DNA of 64,000 bases from Octopus sinensis (taxonomy: Eukaryota), in the NCBI RefSeq assembly GCF_006345805.1, contig NC_043012.1:17856001-17920000 (forward strand), given 5' to 3'. Both the position numbers and the translations under genes were made by a program. Shown here piece by piece: positions 40,555-54,940 of the stretch. Position 1 is the first letter of the stretch, and every line of letters begins with the position of its first letter. A model generated the notes under the pieces. That model was given only the letters and a program-made list of their open reading frames with translations, was not told the DNA's origin and did no database searches.

Positions 40555-40745
40555 GTTTTAGGGGCGTGAGTAAGTTAATTACATTGACCATAGAACTCAA
40601 CTTGTATTTACTCTGCCAACGTCGAAAGAATGAAAGAATGAAAGCAAAATATGACCTTGGTGGAATTTGAACTCAAAACGTAAAGCGGAAAGAAATGCCA
40701 CCGAGCTTTTAGCCAGTGCGTAAACGATTCAACTAACTCGACAAC
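40555..40745 (-). mobile_element. Degenerate family A SINE
   Basis: GAATGAAAGCAAAATATGACCTTGGTGGAATTTGAACTC. Confidence 0.65.
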
Positions 40746-42419
40746 TTAACATCTTACAATTGTCGAAAAATAGATGAACAATTGTGTTTTTTTTCTTTTG
40801 TCCTAAAACGAAAAAATATTATATAATTAATAGAATCGTGTGGATTCTGGAATAAAACTGAATTCTTAATGTATTACTTTAAATGCAGTCCTTAATAAGA
40901 TGTACAAAGGATTACGATATTATTGATTACAAGTTAATTACCAAGAGATATTTAGCAGCATTTGTATCCTGGAATATATTCTTTTAAATTCGTGGCTCTT
41001 TAATATCGCAATAATTAATTTGATAAATTATATTAAAATAAGAAATATATTCATTATGAAGACTAATATTCACACACACAAGCTACGTAAAATAATACAG
41101 TCACTCAGATTTACATGCAAACATCTCTATGTCTCACTTTATATATATATATATGTATATGTATATATATATATATTCAAAAATCAAACACGTATATTAA
41201 TAAACAAAGGAACGGAAAAAGACACACACGGTGAAGTTGAAAAAACATACACTAAATGCAGAGACGAACGGAGAATAAAGACAGAATGCCACCGACTACT
41301 CATCAGTTATCAGCAAAGAGGTCCGGCGCAGTTTCGTGCCATTATCGATAATATTCCTTCCATCCTGGAGACAACCAGCCAGCCAGCAAGAGAATGTGAT
41401 GGGAATGCGACCAAAACAACAAAACAAAACGTGACGGACAAACAAGGAGGAACAAAGAATACGGTATTGGACATACGAAAATGGATAAAAGTAATTCGAG
41501 ACGAGATTGTTAGGTGAGTGGCAAGGGAGAAAAATACGAAATAAATAAACAGAATATGGTTTTGGGGTCAGGTGAAGACAACAACAAATGAATCATACAC
41601 ATACAAGCAAAACGATTATAATACATATACAGCAAAAAAAGCCTTGGCCTAGCAAGCACACAAGTGTGGAGTAACTGAACAATTTTTATAACATTTCTAA
41701 TATATATTGGAAATGAAATACAAATATCCATAAACTATATTGCGGGGAAAGATATAACGGAAAATAGGGAATGACTTGGAACATAAAAAAGCCCTTAATA
41801 GTTCAAATGTAGATTGGCACACTTCTGCATACGGTAGAAAAGAAATCGATACTGTGATTAGACATAATGTGGTGAGTATATCAATAATGTCAGGGGTAAA
41901 AACATGGGATTGATAGCAAGCAGGTGCGCAGAAAGATTTGCAGCTGTTTCTAGAATATAGCAACTCTCTCGGTTTATTCTAATAAATATGTCCCTTCTCA
42001 CATACATGTGTGCGTGTATGCATATATTGTGTGTGTATGTAAATTCATGTATGTAAATTCATGTAAATTCATGTGCGTACCTGTGTGTATGTGCGTGCGT
42101 GTGCTTTTGTTTGTGTGCTTACCTGCGTGTGTGTATATGTATGTGTTTGTATGAGAGAGTCAGTGAGTGCGTGTGTGTGTATGTGTGTGTAAGAGTGAGA
42201 GAGTGACTGTGACTGAGAGAGGGAGAGAGAGAGAGAAAGAGGAAGAGAGAGAGAGAGAAAGAGGAAGAGAGAGAGAGAGAGAGAGAAAGAGGAAGAGTGA
42301 GAGACACAAAGTCTATATAACAGATTAGAAGATAAAGCAATGTGATGTGTTCGTAAAATGATGTCGAGAGAATGATCTGAACCGAAAGTGAAATGTTGGT
42401 TTCAGATTATGTCACAAGG

Positions 42420-42600
42420 TCAGCTATTTCGGAGGAGGGAATAAGATCATTAGATCAACTCCAGTACGCAACTGGTACTTAATTTATGTACCCCGAAAGG
42501 ACGAAAGACAAAGTCGAACAAGGCGGAATTTGAACTCGGAACCTCAACACGAAATGCTGCTATGCATTTTGTCCGACGCGCTAAATATTCTGCCAGATGA
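42420..42600 (-). mobile_element. Degenerate family A SINE
   Basis: CCCCGAAAGGACGAAAGACAAAGTCGAACAAGGCGGAATTTGAACTC. Confidence 0.7.
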
Positions 42601-45049
42601 AATAGTGGACAGTGAAATATTGGATTGCTGCACAACACTCAGCGCCAAATGGTCTTTCCGTCATGTTCGTATTTATCACAATTACAGAAACATGGGCATT
42701 TACCATTCAAATTTGCGAAGCAACTTATGAGATGAGAAGTAATCAATCCTGCAAGATGTAACAGACTGAGACAGTATTTGTTCAATCAAAGAATTTAATA
42801 CCTATATACGATAGACGAGCCATAAACATCATAGATACCCGTGGAGCGTTTACTGAAAGCCAGTCTACCCTTCACCTGTTGATGGTTCTAATATTCCACA
42901 CGTAGTCTACTTTATATTAGTATATTAAAGTGCCAACTTATTATTTCAGAATTAGTTTATGTTCGGCTATATTTTATGTCATCTCTTTATTATCAATAAG
43001 AAAGATACGGAGTTCATAACTTTCTATTACCTGACTTTAAGAAAAGTCATGAAAGTCATAACTTTTAGTGCTGCTTCGTGTGTGAATGGATTACTAAAGC
43101 AATCAATAATTATTAAGCGAATAAATGAATTCATTTATGAAAGCATAAAGAACATTTATTATTTAAAGGTTTCATAGATTAACTTTTCTTACTACCATAT
43201 AATAACAGTTTCATTGACTCGCCTTGCATCTGGAATGTTTCATTGTTGTTTACTTCAAAAACCATGTCATAAGATCAAATCTAACTACCAGACACCAAAA
43301 CATAGTGTTAGCATTAAGTCTTGGAGCAGAACAATATACTACTGGGGTTATCTGTTCAGATCTTATAACTTGAGTAAGTAGCACACTAACTAATATTGTA
43401 TGTACACTAATAGAAGAGAGAGCATATAGTTATTTTCGGTTAAGCTACTCCTAACTAGATCTACATTGTGATATGCGACTGCTTCGTTGGAACTATCCTT
43501 ATTTAAGGAAAGATCAAAGAATCGCCGACATATTCAGTCCATAGCGTGTGTAATTATGATCAAAAGGTGAACGGATCTAAATACTGTTTTCTTCGACCTG
43601 TTTCATGTTTTATGTTTATGGTCCGGGGTGGTGACTGCTTGTTTCGAATCTAAATCATAGCGAATAAATTAGATGCATTAAACTTATGCTAATAGTTATA
43701 TTTAAGTATAAATATTATACGTATATTTAAAAATGTTCATGAATATATCCGTGGTAAAACCATTAATATTTTATGCGTTTCCCTAGATATCATCTCTCTA
43801 TAATCTGACGTATTTGTAGCTGGAGTGTTTTCTTAGCAAGTTTCAAGGATAAACCTTTATACAAGTTTCCCTATCAAAGACTCATATTAGACTCTCAGAC
43901 ATCTGTGAAATAAGGATTCAGATATATAATAACGAGCTAGAAAACGTCGTTTATAACAGTGAGATCCTAGCTATAATATGCTAATGGTAATTAGATCGTA
44001 GACCTTCCGGAAACCACAGTTTTTAAGAGTAACCCCCAAGTTATTGTAGAATAACACTCCATAAAGTCAAATTGGATGAATTTAAAATATACGCCGAGGA
44101 ACAAACAAGTAGAATATTCTATGATTTAATCCGCCGCACAACATGCAAATCAGAGTAGATATAAAGGAGGATATTACGCATTATGTTATCTCTTCATCGC
44201 GTTGTAGTAAGAGAATAAAGGTGCTATCATGTGGCCAAAATTAGCCAAAGGAGACCCGATAGTAAACTTTTACTGATGAGTACAAACATTTCGATCTTTC
44301 CAACCCAAAAAATTATCTAAAGGAGTGCAAGCTCCTGCCTATACCCACATACATACATTCATACACACGTCATGTTTTCCCCTTTTGGCAGGACATCCAC
44401 TAGTTCTGAGGCTTTCTCTCATCTCTATGAAGTTGATCAAAAATTGGAGTATAAATTGCGTTGTCATTGTTATCATATTAGCACTGGACACTCCACTGTT
44501 CGAATTCTTTCATTTATTCCAGGTGTAAAATTATTTCAAGTGAAACAGAAGACATAAATGTAGGAGAGAATAATTTTCCAAAGAAGCTCCGTAGTATATC
44601 TTCACACAAATCATTTTGTTGTCTTGGCGATTCTGCGTATTGGATCGGAATTAATTTTGCTTCTGCTTTACTAATGCCATGTCTTTTAGGGATCACACTG
44701 CCAGAAACATAAATAATTTGCAAATTATTGTGAAGTCCTTAATTGTCACTCATCTATTCAATAATGCCATATTATGCATTCACTCGGTGTTGTCATTTGT
44801 ATATGAGAATATAAGCGGTTCTGTGGTTTCTTAATGCGTGAAAGTTATCTGTTTTTGGTAATTTTCAGTACGCTCGCCAACGAGTCAAAGGGGCATTGCA
44901 CGGTTCTCTTACTACGGTATTATTCGTGGATTTATAACACCTGCGGGAATTTTGAACTCAGAATAGAAAGGTGGACTTAATGCTTCTAAGCATCATATCC
45001 ACGTGCTATCGATTCTGCTAGCGCAAAGCCTTCACCTGAAAAAAAATCT

Positions 45050-45235
45050 CCTTTCTACCAAAGGCACAAGGCCTGAAATTTTAGGGGAGGGGACTACAAG
45101 GACCCCAGTGTTTTACTGGTACTTAATTTATTGACCCAGAAAAAGTGAAGTGGCAATGTCGACCTGGGCGGAATTTGAACGTAAAAATGCCATTAAGCAT
45201 TATGCCCATTGTGCTAACGATTCTGCCACCTCATC
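45050..45235 (-). mobile_element. Family A SINE monomer with the canonical tail
   Basis: AGGCACAAGGCCTGAAATTTTAGGGGAGGGG..GTCGACCTGGGCGGAATTTGAAC; a further fragment lies at ~44945-45020. Confidence 0.75.
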
Positions 45236-46116
45236 ACCTAAATAACATCATCAACAACAACAATACTACTACTAATAATGATGATGTTGATTTCTGATGA
45301 TGATGATGATGATGTTTAGGTTATCGACTATGGAAGGTTTAGAAATAAAGATCGAGCGCGATGCAGCATGATACAAAACGATACGCATTCTCTGAGCAGG
45401 ACCGTTCAATCGCTGTATCCGTGATTCTATCAACCATATTCTAGCAAATTTGCTGGAAGCAGTTTTCTTAATATTTTTCTTTCATTTTCTCCTTCAAGTG
45501 AAACATGGAAACGCTGATGAAGAAGACGGTTCTTTTCTTCAGCCCTTCTAGTCTGATCCAACACAATTCAATCAGCATGGTCACACTATAGAGGAAAGCT
45601 TTTTGACAATCTTAGCCAAAGGAAAGCGGCAGAATGATCTTAACAATGGACTCATCTGATAGTTGATACCAGTCTACAGAGACCGCTGATAAGAAATACT
45701 AGGGTACTGGACAACTGTATGTTGAATAATTTCGTCGCTCTGTAGGCACCTCAAGCATGCTCGGCTGACGGCATTTCCGTTTCAGTAGATTTCTCTGCAA
45801 CAGGTATTCTCGTTACCAATGCTGTAGCTGACGCTACGCAGACAAGCTATGAGGCTGCGACACATTTACTGTTTCGTTGATAGTGATCAAGTGTTGGCTC
45901 CGATTGTCAGAGGGGATTTTGCACAGCACGTCTATTTGACAGAACTGTAGTCATGGAACATGTGTAGACCGAAGCAAGAGTATGTGGCACCAGCCAAATT
46001 GTTGTCAGGTGATCACAGATTATATGTATGTATGTATGTTTGTATGTATGTATGTATGTATGTATGTATGTATGTATGTATGTATGTATGTATGTATGTA
46101 TGTATATATATGCATA

Positions 46117-46577
46117 TATAATCAAAATAAGCAACAAGGGTATCCAATGATAGTGTAGGACAATCGTTTCATGCTATTTCATTTAATTAAACAAGGTAAG
46201 TATTACATCAGTTTTAAAATGTAGAGCACTATTCAGCCACATATGGAATTTTTTAGATTAGATTGACAATGTTCAATTTTTATACTTATTCCATTTGCCA
46301 ACATTACAAAGAGGGTAGATATATGGACAGAGAGGTGAATTTCATCAGTAAGAACATGATTCTCTGTCTATATATCTACTCTCTTTGTAATGTTGGCAAA
46401 TGGAAAGAGTATAAAAATTGAATATTGTCAATCTAATTAAAGAAATTCCATATGTGGCTGAATAGGGCTCTACATTTTAAAACTGATGTAATACCTACAT
46501 TGTTTCATTAAATGGAGTAGCATAAAACAATTGTACTACACTACCATTGGATATCCTTGTTCCTTAGTTTGATTATA
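46117..46577. repeat. Long near-perfect inverted repeat (foldback/MITE-like)
   Basis: Arms 46117-46333 and 46361-46577 with a 27-nt loop; TATAATCA...TGATTATA termini; roughly 87-90% arm identity by eye. Confidence 0.95.
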
Positions 46578-46859
46578 ATCACCCCAATTGATTTATATGG
46601 ATAATACCATACCAAATTCTGGTGCATTTAGCATAAGTACCATATTCATCTGAATCTAAATTGTTGCTGAACTATACTCAGGCATGAACCGACTGTGCTC
46701 AGGCATCACCCAAAGCTAACTGAAGAAATCGACACCATCTCTTTTTTTAGTTTGGTACATCGGTTGTCATGTGGTGTGACAATAAGCACACATGCAAAGA
46801 CACACACACACCACACACACATACATACACACATACACACACACATGATTCTATATACG

Positions 46860-47000
46860 ATGGATTCCATAGAGTTTCACTCTATTAGATACGCAATCGA
46901 TGGTCAGCCGAGGGCTGTACTGAAAGACACTCATCGACCGTGATGTCGTGGAACTAAACCCGAAAAGAAATGGCTGCTAAGGGAGCTTGCTATAGCTACA
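46860..47000 (-). mobile_element. Degenerate family B SINE head
   Basis: CAGCCGAGGGCTGTACTGAAAGACAC..GTGGAACTAAACCCGAAA. Confidence 0.5.
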
Positions 47001-48306
47001 GATATATGCGTATGTATGGATTGTATGTGGGTATGCGCGTGTGTGAGCGCATTTGTGTGCATGTGTATAGATGTGTATTTGTGCATGTACATGCTTAGCT
47101 GTGAGTGTGTTTATTTGGAATTATTTTCTATGCTGCTGGTATAATTTATTGATTACTAAACAAACATTTACACTATTATTGCTATGAAATGATTTAAAAA
47201 AAAATATCGGGTCTATTAACATCTCTTCCAAAGATGTGTTTATGAAAAGAAGTTACCTAATGCTCTATGACTTGTATACTTGGACTTTTGCAGTGTTTCC
47301 TCCCTCTTCAAATTTCGCAAACTAACACCGCGTTCAGGAGGAGTTTGTCCACACAAACAGTCTTGAACCGCTATCACTTTGATGTTTGGAAATTTTAAAG
47401 TTTGATGCTTAGCGAGGTTATGTTTCCTACATAAAATACTTCACCAAATTTCAACCCATTAATATCTGTTCATTCCTTTGTAAATGTATGCCTTACTGGA
47501 TTCGTTTGAAGCGTTTTCCATTGAACAAAGCAACAGTTGCCAGGTTTTACTAGTTACTCCATGAATAGCCGGTTTATATTTTAAACTGATCGTTTGTATT
47601 CATGCAACGTAAAAATATTTGCATTATAAAACTGTGATGTAATGTTCGGTTTCCCTTCTTCAAAAAAAAACCCTTTCGTTTTTGTTATCGTCGAATTCTC
47701 ATAAACAAATATTTGATCGGAAAATTATCGTTTCCATCTTTCCTTGAGTAAACAGATCCTCTTATTTTACGAATAGATCTACGATTACATAGTAACGCAC
47801 TGGATTTGATAGTAAAATATAGTAAAGGTTAATTTGATTGTCATTGCTCAATCTTTTGAGTGTTTCATTTTTGGACTGTGGCCACGGTGAAACACAATCT
47901 TGAAAATTTCAGGCAAGCAAGTCGATACCTGTAATCTTATTAAGACTATACTGCATGCTATGTCGGGCCGTATTGCCACACCACTCGGTTGTGCAAACGC
48001 ATGAACACCAACACCGGTTTTGAAGTGGGTTTGGGTATACAAAGACGGGCACTAACACACATATGCACACGCACAACCACACACACACACACACACACAT
48101 AAAGACACACACACATACACGCATACATACAAACACATGAGAAATAACGATGAACACAAGTTCATATAATACTTCCTGCGTGCAATTCCACTCTATGTTT
48201 GTCTGGAACCGTGTATTGGTGTTCCCAGTGCATTTAAATGCTGAGTTATCACAAAACACATTTTGGAATTATGTTACAGATATCTATGACCATATATATA
48301 TATATA

Positions 48307-48361
<55 letters not shown>

Positions 48362-48379
48362 TATATATAGTATATATAT

Positions 48380-48451
<72 letters not shown>

Positions 48452-49040
48452 TAACACCTTGATATACGAGTTACTTTATTCCAGAAGACCATTCGTAAAG
48501 CGAAAACACTTAAAGCAGAGCAACAATTTCCCATAGTAGCAACGTTATAAATCGTAATCCGTTGCCAGAAAAATATTTCAACTATAAAATTATAATACTC
48601 GTAAATAAATAGCAATAAAACAACAGTAGATTGTAAAGAATATTCTACGTGAAGTAAAAAGAATGTCAAGATCATTTATATTAAAAATGTTTTTATTATA
48701 ACCGTTTTCTGATTCACTTTCTCTCACACTAGATTCATACACCATAAGTTGTAGACGCGATTGCCGATTCACAAGCACTAGTAGACGGACATGTAGATTT
48801 CTCTTTAGAAAAACCAGTTTGGAGTTGTTTGCTTAGAAGAAGTTTTTTTCGTTCTATAAATTTCTCGGTAACACCCAGGAGAATTTGTGATGGTGGTAGA
48901 AACTTTTGTACTTCGTTAAAAATTTGGATCTTTATATTTATTGTAAAATTAAACTCGTAAACTCGGGGTATCGGACAGCGGGTCATCTTCATAAAGTGAA
49001 GTATTACTGTATATACATACGTATATATATATACATATAC

Positions 49041-49096
<56 letters not shown>

Positions 49097-50868
49097 ACAT
49101 GTAACGGAATTTTTGTGTACTACATTCATGTAGAAGGCAACGGGTTTATATTAGAAACACTTGTGCAAGTTTCCGTTCAGAATGACTATTCCAAATATCA
49201 CGTGCCTTATTTCTTTTTAATATTTAAATTTCCATATTAAATGACATTTCTGTAAGATGGTTTTATATTTTGTGCAGTTCAGACATTTAAAAAACTTTTA
49301 ATGTACGTAAGGATTTTTCAATATTCACTGCAAAAAACATACATTTAATGATTGTTATAGAAACACATCTGACTTATAAACTGCAGCAATCTTTTCTTGA
49401 TAATCTCTCAAATAGATTCACCAGTTTAATTAAATTTTGTTTAACATTGAAACACTATATTCGGGCTGAGATTTGTACAAACATATTGAGATTTTGTTTC
49501 AAGCTTGAAGGAAATTTTAGCGAAGCATCATTTTGTATATAATTAAGTGAGTGCTAACATAATTAATATACTGAGGAAATATTCTGCTTAATGAAGCAGA
49601 AGTGAGACCGAACATTAGCACTATGCTTGAATATCATCAACGCAGTTAGCGAGAAGCAACCGAGAAATCTCAATTTACACCCGAATATTTGAGAGTAAGG
49701 CAATCATAACACAAGGACTAATTTTAATAATTAGTTCATGACATCCCGTTAGAAATTGAATGAAGCAGCAATGAATTTAAGCTTTAAAGTTTAATTTAGT
49801 CAATTGGTAAAATTAACGTTTTCTTTTTTTTTTTGCATTAATTTAATTATTACTATAATATATATAAATTTATTAAAGTTAACTGACTTTTAGGTTTCTC
49901 ATAAAATTCTTTGTTGCTATGCTTTGTGCTATGTTAATTATGCTTCTAGATATAAGGATATAAAGGAAGATTCAACCGAATTAGATTGCCATTTATTACA
50001 AGCGCTATTGATTTTCCTAACTTTCAGCAATAGAAACGTGTGATCCATAATATTGATCCTCATTGGCCAATATTTACGAAAATAGCGAAAATTGCTCACG
50101 ACTCTAATTACTAAATACAGACAGGGGCAAAAGGTTTAAGCCTTCAGATCAGCTTATTAAATAGAGAAAGCAGTGATATTCTAGTATAACACATGCATTT
50201 AACGGCATGGCTCTGACAATTATCTCATATAGATAATTATACAATTCTCAAGGGAAATATCATTAACGCATCCTCTCCGATTATAGCACGCTATTAACAA
50301 GAACTTGAAGATATATATTAAAGTATCAACTGTGACATGATTCCACGTTAACTATGAGATTAATTTATTATGATTAAGAAAGGAATGATATGATATAACA
50401 ATTAAAAACTGTAAATAATTTATTGATTGGATATTAGGTTTCGTATTTGATTAGAATTTGAAACTTTAGATCGCAAATGCACTCTAAAGACGTGAGATAA
50501 AAACGCCATTCAAGTAGGATTTAGATAAGTGCACAATTATTTAAATTACTCCTTTCTTTTACATAGCACAACACTTGAATATTCAAATGAAAATCTAGTT
50601 ATAAGGATTTAGCATGCATGCCAACAGCCAGAATTCAAGCAAAGATTGTGATTAGTAAAGGTATTTATCTTTATCCATTTCAAAAGGAATTTGCAACATA
50701 TTCGTCAACAATGATATCACAAAAAAGATAACTACATAACAATGAATGGAATTCACTTTTAATACGTTATTGTTTGTTGCAGAAACGCTTATGAAGTCCC
50801 CATTGTAGACGCTCAAGTAATGATCTTTTATTACATGCAATAACAACAACAACAGCAACAACAACAAC

Positions 50869-50917
<49 letters not shown>

Positions 50918-50919
<2 letters not shown>

Positions 50920-51240
50920 CAGAATAGGAAGCCAGACATAGTCTTAATTGAGAAAGAAAACAAACAGCGTTGGATCATAGATATAGCATGCTCAGCTGAA
51001 AACAAGGCATGCGATAAGGAAGAAAGAAAATTCGAGAGATATGACAGGTTAGCTGGGGAAGAAAAGCAGTTGTGTTCGATGAAAGAGGTGGTAGTGGTAA
51101 CAATAATTGTCGGAGCCCTGAGAACAGTGAGCAAAAATCTCGAGAAATGCGTGAAACAAATAGGGGCTGCAATAGCGTGGAGCATTTGCAGAAAACAGCA
51201 CTGACTGGAACCGCTTAAATACTCCGGAATTTTGCAGAAC
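50918..51240 (+). mobile_element. 5'-truncated RLE-type (R4/Dong-like) LINE, restriction-like endonuclease domain
   Basis: RKPDIVLIEKENK..IIDIAC..E.K..ERYDRL...VVVTIIVGALRTV.KNLEK..(fs)..LQKTALTGTA*ILR; abuts the (AAT)n run at ~50869-50919. Confidence 0.9.
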
Positions 51241-51639
51241 TTATATATATATACATGTATGCATGTACACACACCAACACACAAACACACAAACACAGAC
51301 ACATATACACACACACGCATGTATATATACGAGGATGAATGGTCTAACGATAGGAAAAGGCCCTCAACACATGTATTAGGAGTTACATATTATTAAAAAC
51401 ACTTGGAACGGTTCCATGCAACTTAAAGTTACACAAGCTTGTAACCTGGATCGTTCAGGGTCAAACCAGCGAATGGAGAAATACAAGAAGTGCAAGTCAT
51501 CTACTGGGAAATGGACTGCTGTTGATCAAGGTAGGTCACATGGTGTTGTTAAAAATATTCTCGGTATTTCGACGACATTATATGCATTAGAAAGGAACAT
51601 TTCTTGGGTCTCATGAACCTACCAAATATTTCGTATGTC

Positions 51640-52760
51640 TTTTCTTTCGGTTGACTGATCACCCACAAAAGTCCTCCAGAGCCTGTTGAGCTACATCCAC
51701 GACGACTGCCTGGTTAACAGTTTGGATTGTAGAGGCAACTGCTGTCGTATGCGCCGAATAATGTACAACTACCACGAAGGAATCTCTATTGGATACGGCT
51801 CAAGTAGAAAACTGAACGCGTCATTAAGCATAGAAGCTAGAAGGCCTACTTCTACGAGAATCCATCTGCTATTATTTCCACAGGCAATTTTGGTTTCAAA
51901 TCTGCAAAGTACCCTCCCTGGATAAAAGGATCTCGAGAGACCTTTCGTAGCTAACTCATGGACCATCGTGAAAAAGGTAATATTTAAGCATTGTTCTTAC
52001 CCCTTCCCAAAATTTTAAATGGCTTCATGGCAAAAATGAAACAATCACCTAATGTACATAACTTCTCAGACAAAACGAGGATATCTTATGAGACAAGCAT
52101 CGCCACAGAAACATCCCCACCCAACATTCAATCACATCGATACAGACGCGAAACAGCTAGCCATCCTCCTTAATATAGAGAATCGCGTAGATCGCTTCGC
52201 CACGTGACCCCTACCACCACTGATATATCACACTTAGGGATCACGAACCCGAATACCGCTTGATCAAACCCTATAAAAGTAAGATAAGCATTATCAGATA
52301 GCACATTCTTGATACCATCCAATCTGATTTTAGAAAAGCCAAAAGCGCTTTCAATGGCATTCTAGCGCACTTGTGATCGGCTGGTTCCGCAGTATCAAGA
52401 ATAAATCTGCCAATAAGAGTTTCACAGTTTGAATCGCAGATTTCCATTCTTCGGTACAGAAACCGCTTACCCAGTAGGATCCTAGATTTTGCTTAGCACT
52501 TGTGCAGTATAAAAGATATCGATGTCAAATCATGGTGAACACGAGAAGTCAATCTTAAATCAAAACGATTCTCCTGGGTAAAATGAAGGCAATCCACTGT
52601 TCGACGTTCTTATGTGAAGTTATGACGGGATTGAGTTCACCGACATCGTAGGGTTCTTAATTTTGATGACCTCAAGAGACTCACGCACCTGTAGAGGTCA
52701 GCCACTTACTGGGGTGACGGTCTACCATTCTCAAGCCATAGCAACGGCCATGACAAATTT
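51640..52760 (+). mobile_element. Heavily degraded CR1/L2-group LINE (linker and RT pieces)
   Basis: Scattered motifs KYPPWI, EYRLI (cf. NYRPI), QSDFRKAKS (cf. QYGFRK.RS) and a QPL-like tail; many indels. Confidence 0.45.
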
Positions 52761-53029
52761 AGAAAAGACACATACACAAACATACACACTCATAAAAATG
52801 TGATGTTGTCGTCTTCGTGGTCGTATAAAATGTTCTGCACTATATCTTTCTATAGAAAGTTGATCTCGATAAAATATTATTGCATTATTCCATTAACGAA
52901 AGCACATGTACGAATTTGAAATTTAGCGATAAATTCCGCAATAATTATTATAGATAAATTTCGTAATATACATATATAAAAGTAAATGCATGTTTGAATG
53001 TGCACACACACAGACAGACAGACAGACAG

Positions 53030-53075
<46 letters not shown>

Positions 53076-53076
<1 letters not shown>

Positions 53077-53276
53077 AGGGGAAAGTTTACGAAAATAAAC
53101 AAAAACAAAGGCAGGTGGAGTACAAACAAACAAATGTATTAGTATAGCGCTCAGGAATACAAATAGAAAAAGTCTTTTACGTTTCGAGCCAACGCTCTTC
53201 GACTAAAAGATACACAGAAAAAAACAAGGAGAGAAATAAATGCGTGTAGGAGCTGACGATCTATCATAGCGTCCTG
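53076..53276 (-). mobile_element. Inverted PLE terminal-repeat copy
   Basis: Reverse match to 6304-6488 and 54286-54475. Confidence 0.7.
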
Positions 53277-53342
<66 letters not shown>

Positions 53343-53343
53343 T

Positions 53344-53375
<32 letters not shown>

Positions 53376-53394
53376 ATATATATATATGCGCGTT

Positions 53395-54475
53395 ATTCGC
53401 TGCAACATATGTCTGTGTTCGGACGGTCTCGGACTTCTGCTTTCGCCGTGAAAAGCAATTATTCTTCTCTCTTTGTTTCTTTACACCACATGGGCTGAAC
53501 TCACCTCCTTTCTTCAACTGCCCCATCCATCTATACACCTTCAAACCACACACCTCGGTACCCTCACCCACATGCATCTCATACGCACAATTCAACACAT
53601 CATTCACCTGACACACCATTGCATACGCTCCACCCAATATCTTCCAACTTCACATACAATAGCACTGACCACTTCGTGCATCCACACGACGCACCATCAT
53701 CCACACCCCCCAAAATATTCGTTAGCGTCGCCACACCTACCACTACATGATCATCTACAAACACTGTTTAACTCAGTACACACACCACACACTATGATGC
53801 ACAGGTCCACACACACAAAAGCATATAATACCTGAACACAGACAATATAGACACATACATACATGCATACACACGCATCATGAATAAACATATGCAACAC
53901 ACACAGACAAAGACAACTTTCGTCCACATACATACACTATACACACGCATACTATTTGGTCACAGACACACACATATACACATGTGCAAGTGAAAAGCAT
54001 ACATCAGCTGCTGCACGCACACACACGCCCACACACTAGCGTCAGACTCAATTTCCCCTTTCAGACACACAGGATAACATTCAAACACACCATTCGCAGA
54101 TACAAATACATGCCTGCGCACCTTAGTTTGTTGGGATCACTATTATAATCTCCCTTTCATTTAATTCCCGTCTTATTATTATCGCCATTTCCTTCAACGT
54201 CTGTATTATTATTACCTTCCTTTCATATTATCTTCTCTTTATTATTATCTACCTTTCATTCAACTCTCCTTGTTTTTCAATCACTCGCCATGATGGACCG
54301 TTGAACCCTACACGTTTTGTTTTTCATTCTCTCTTAATTTATTTCTGCTTATGCCTTTTTTGCCGAAGAGCGCAGGCTCCAATTGTAAAAGATTTCCCCC
54401 TTTTTCCCGCGCGCCGAACTTATACAATTGTTGATTCTGCAGTTGTCTGCTTCTTTTGCTGTTCTAGAAATTTCA
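53395..54475 (+). mobile_element. 5'-truncated Penelope-like element (GIY-YIG C-terminus, 3' UTR and terminal repeat)
   Basis: QHMSVFG..(fs)..FRREKQLFFSLCFFTPHGLNS matches the PLE R..RE..LIF.LG...P.GLN motif; ends in the GCCGAAGAGCGCAGGCTC terminal family. Confidence 0.7.
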
Positions 54476-54494
54476 ATTATACATAGATGTATAT

Positions 54495-54528
<34 letters not shown>

Positions 54529-54533
54529 CTATA

Positions 54534-54637
<104 letters not shown>

Positions 54638-54906
54638 CATGTGTACATATAATAAATAATAAATATATTTAATAAAAAAAATGCACATATGTTTACAAAT
54701 AAAATGGTCGCACTTACACAGAATAGAAATGATATGAAAACATATGCAGTGCTCTACCTGCTCAAGTTTAATTGGCTTAGGAACTACGAAGTGTATTCTA
54801 TACGGAGAATACGTGACTTTAACCTATCTATCTATCTATATCTATATATCTATCTATTTATATATCTATCTATCTATATCTATCTATCTATCTATCTATA
54901 TCTATC

Positions 54907-54940
<34 letters not shown>

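Noticed and set aside
41296-41350. Type II hammerhead order (GAAAC then CTGATGA) on the minus strand
   Set aside because: No NUH triplet, and stem II has only 2 bp.
44514-44723. Ulp1/C48 protease-like ORF
   Set aside because: Only PRQQND resembles the motif; the catalytic context is not recognisable.
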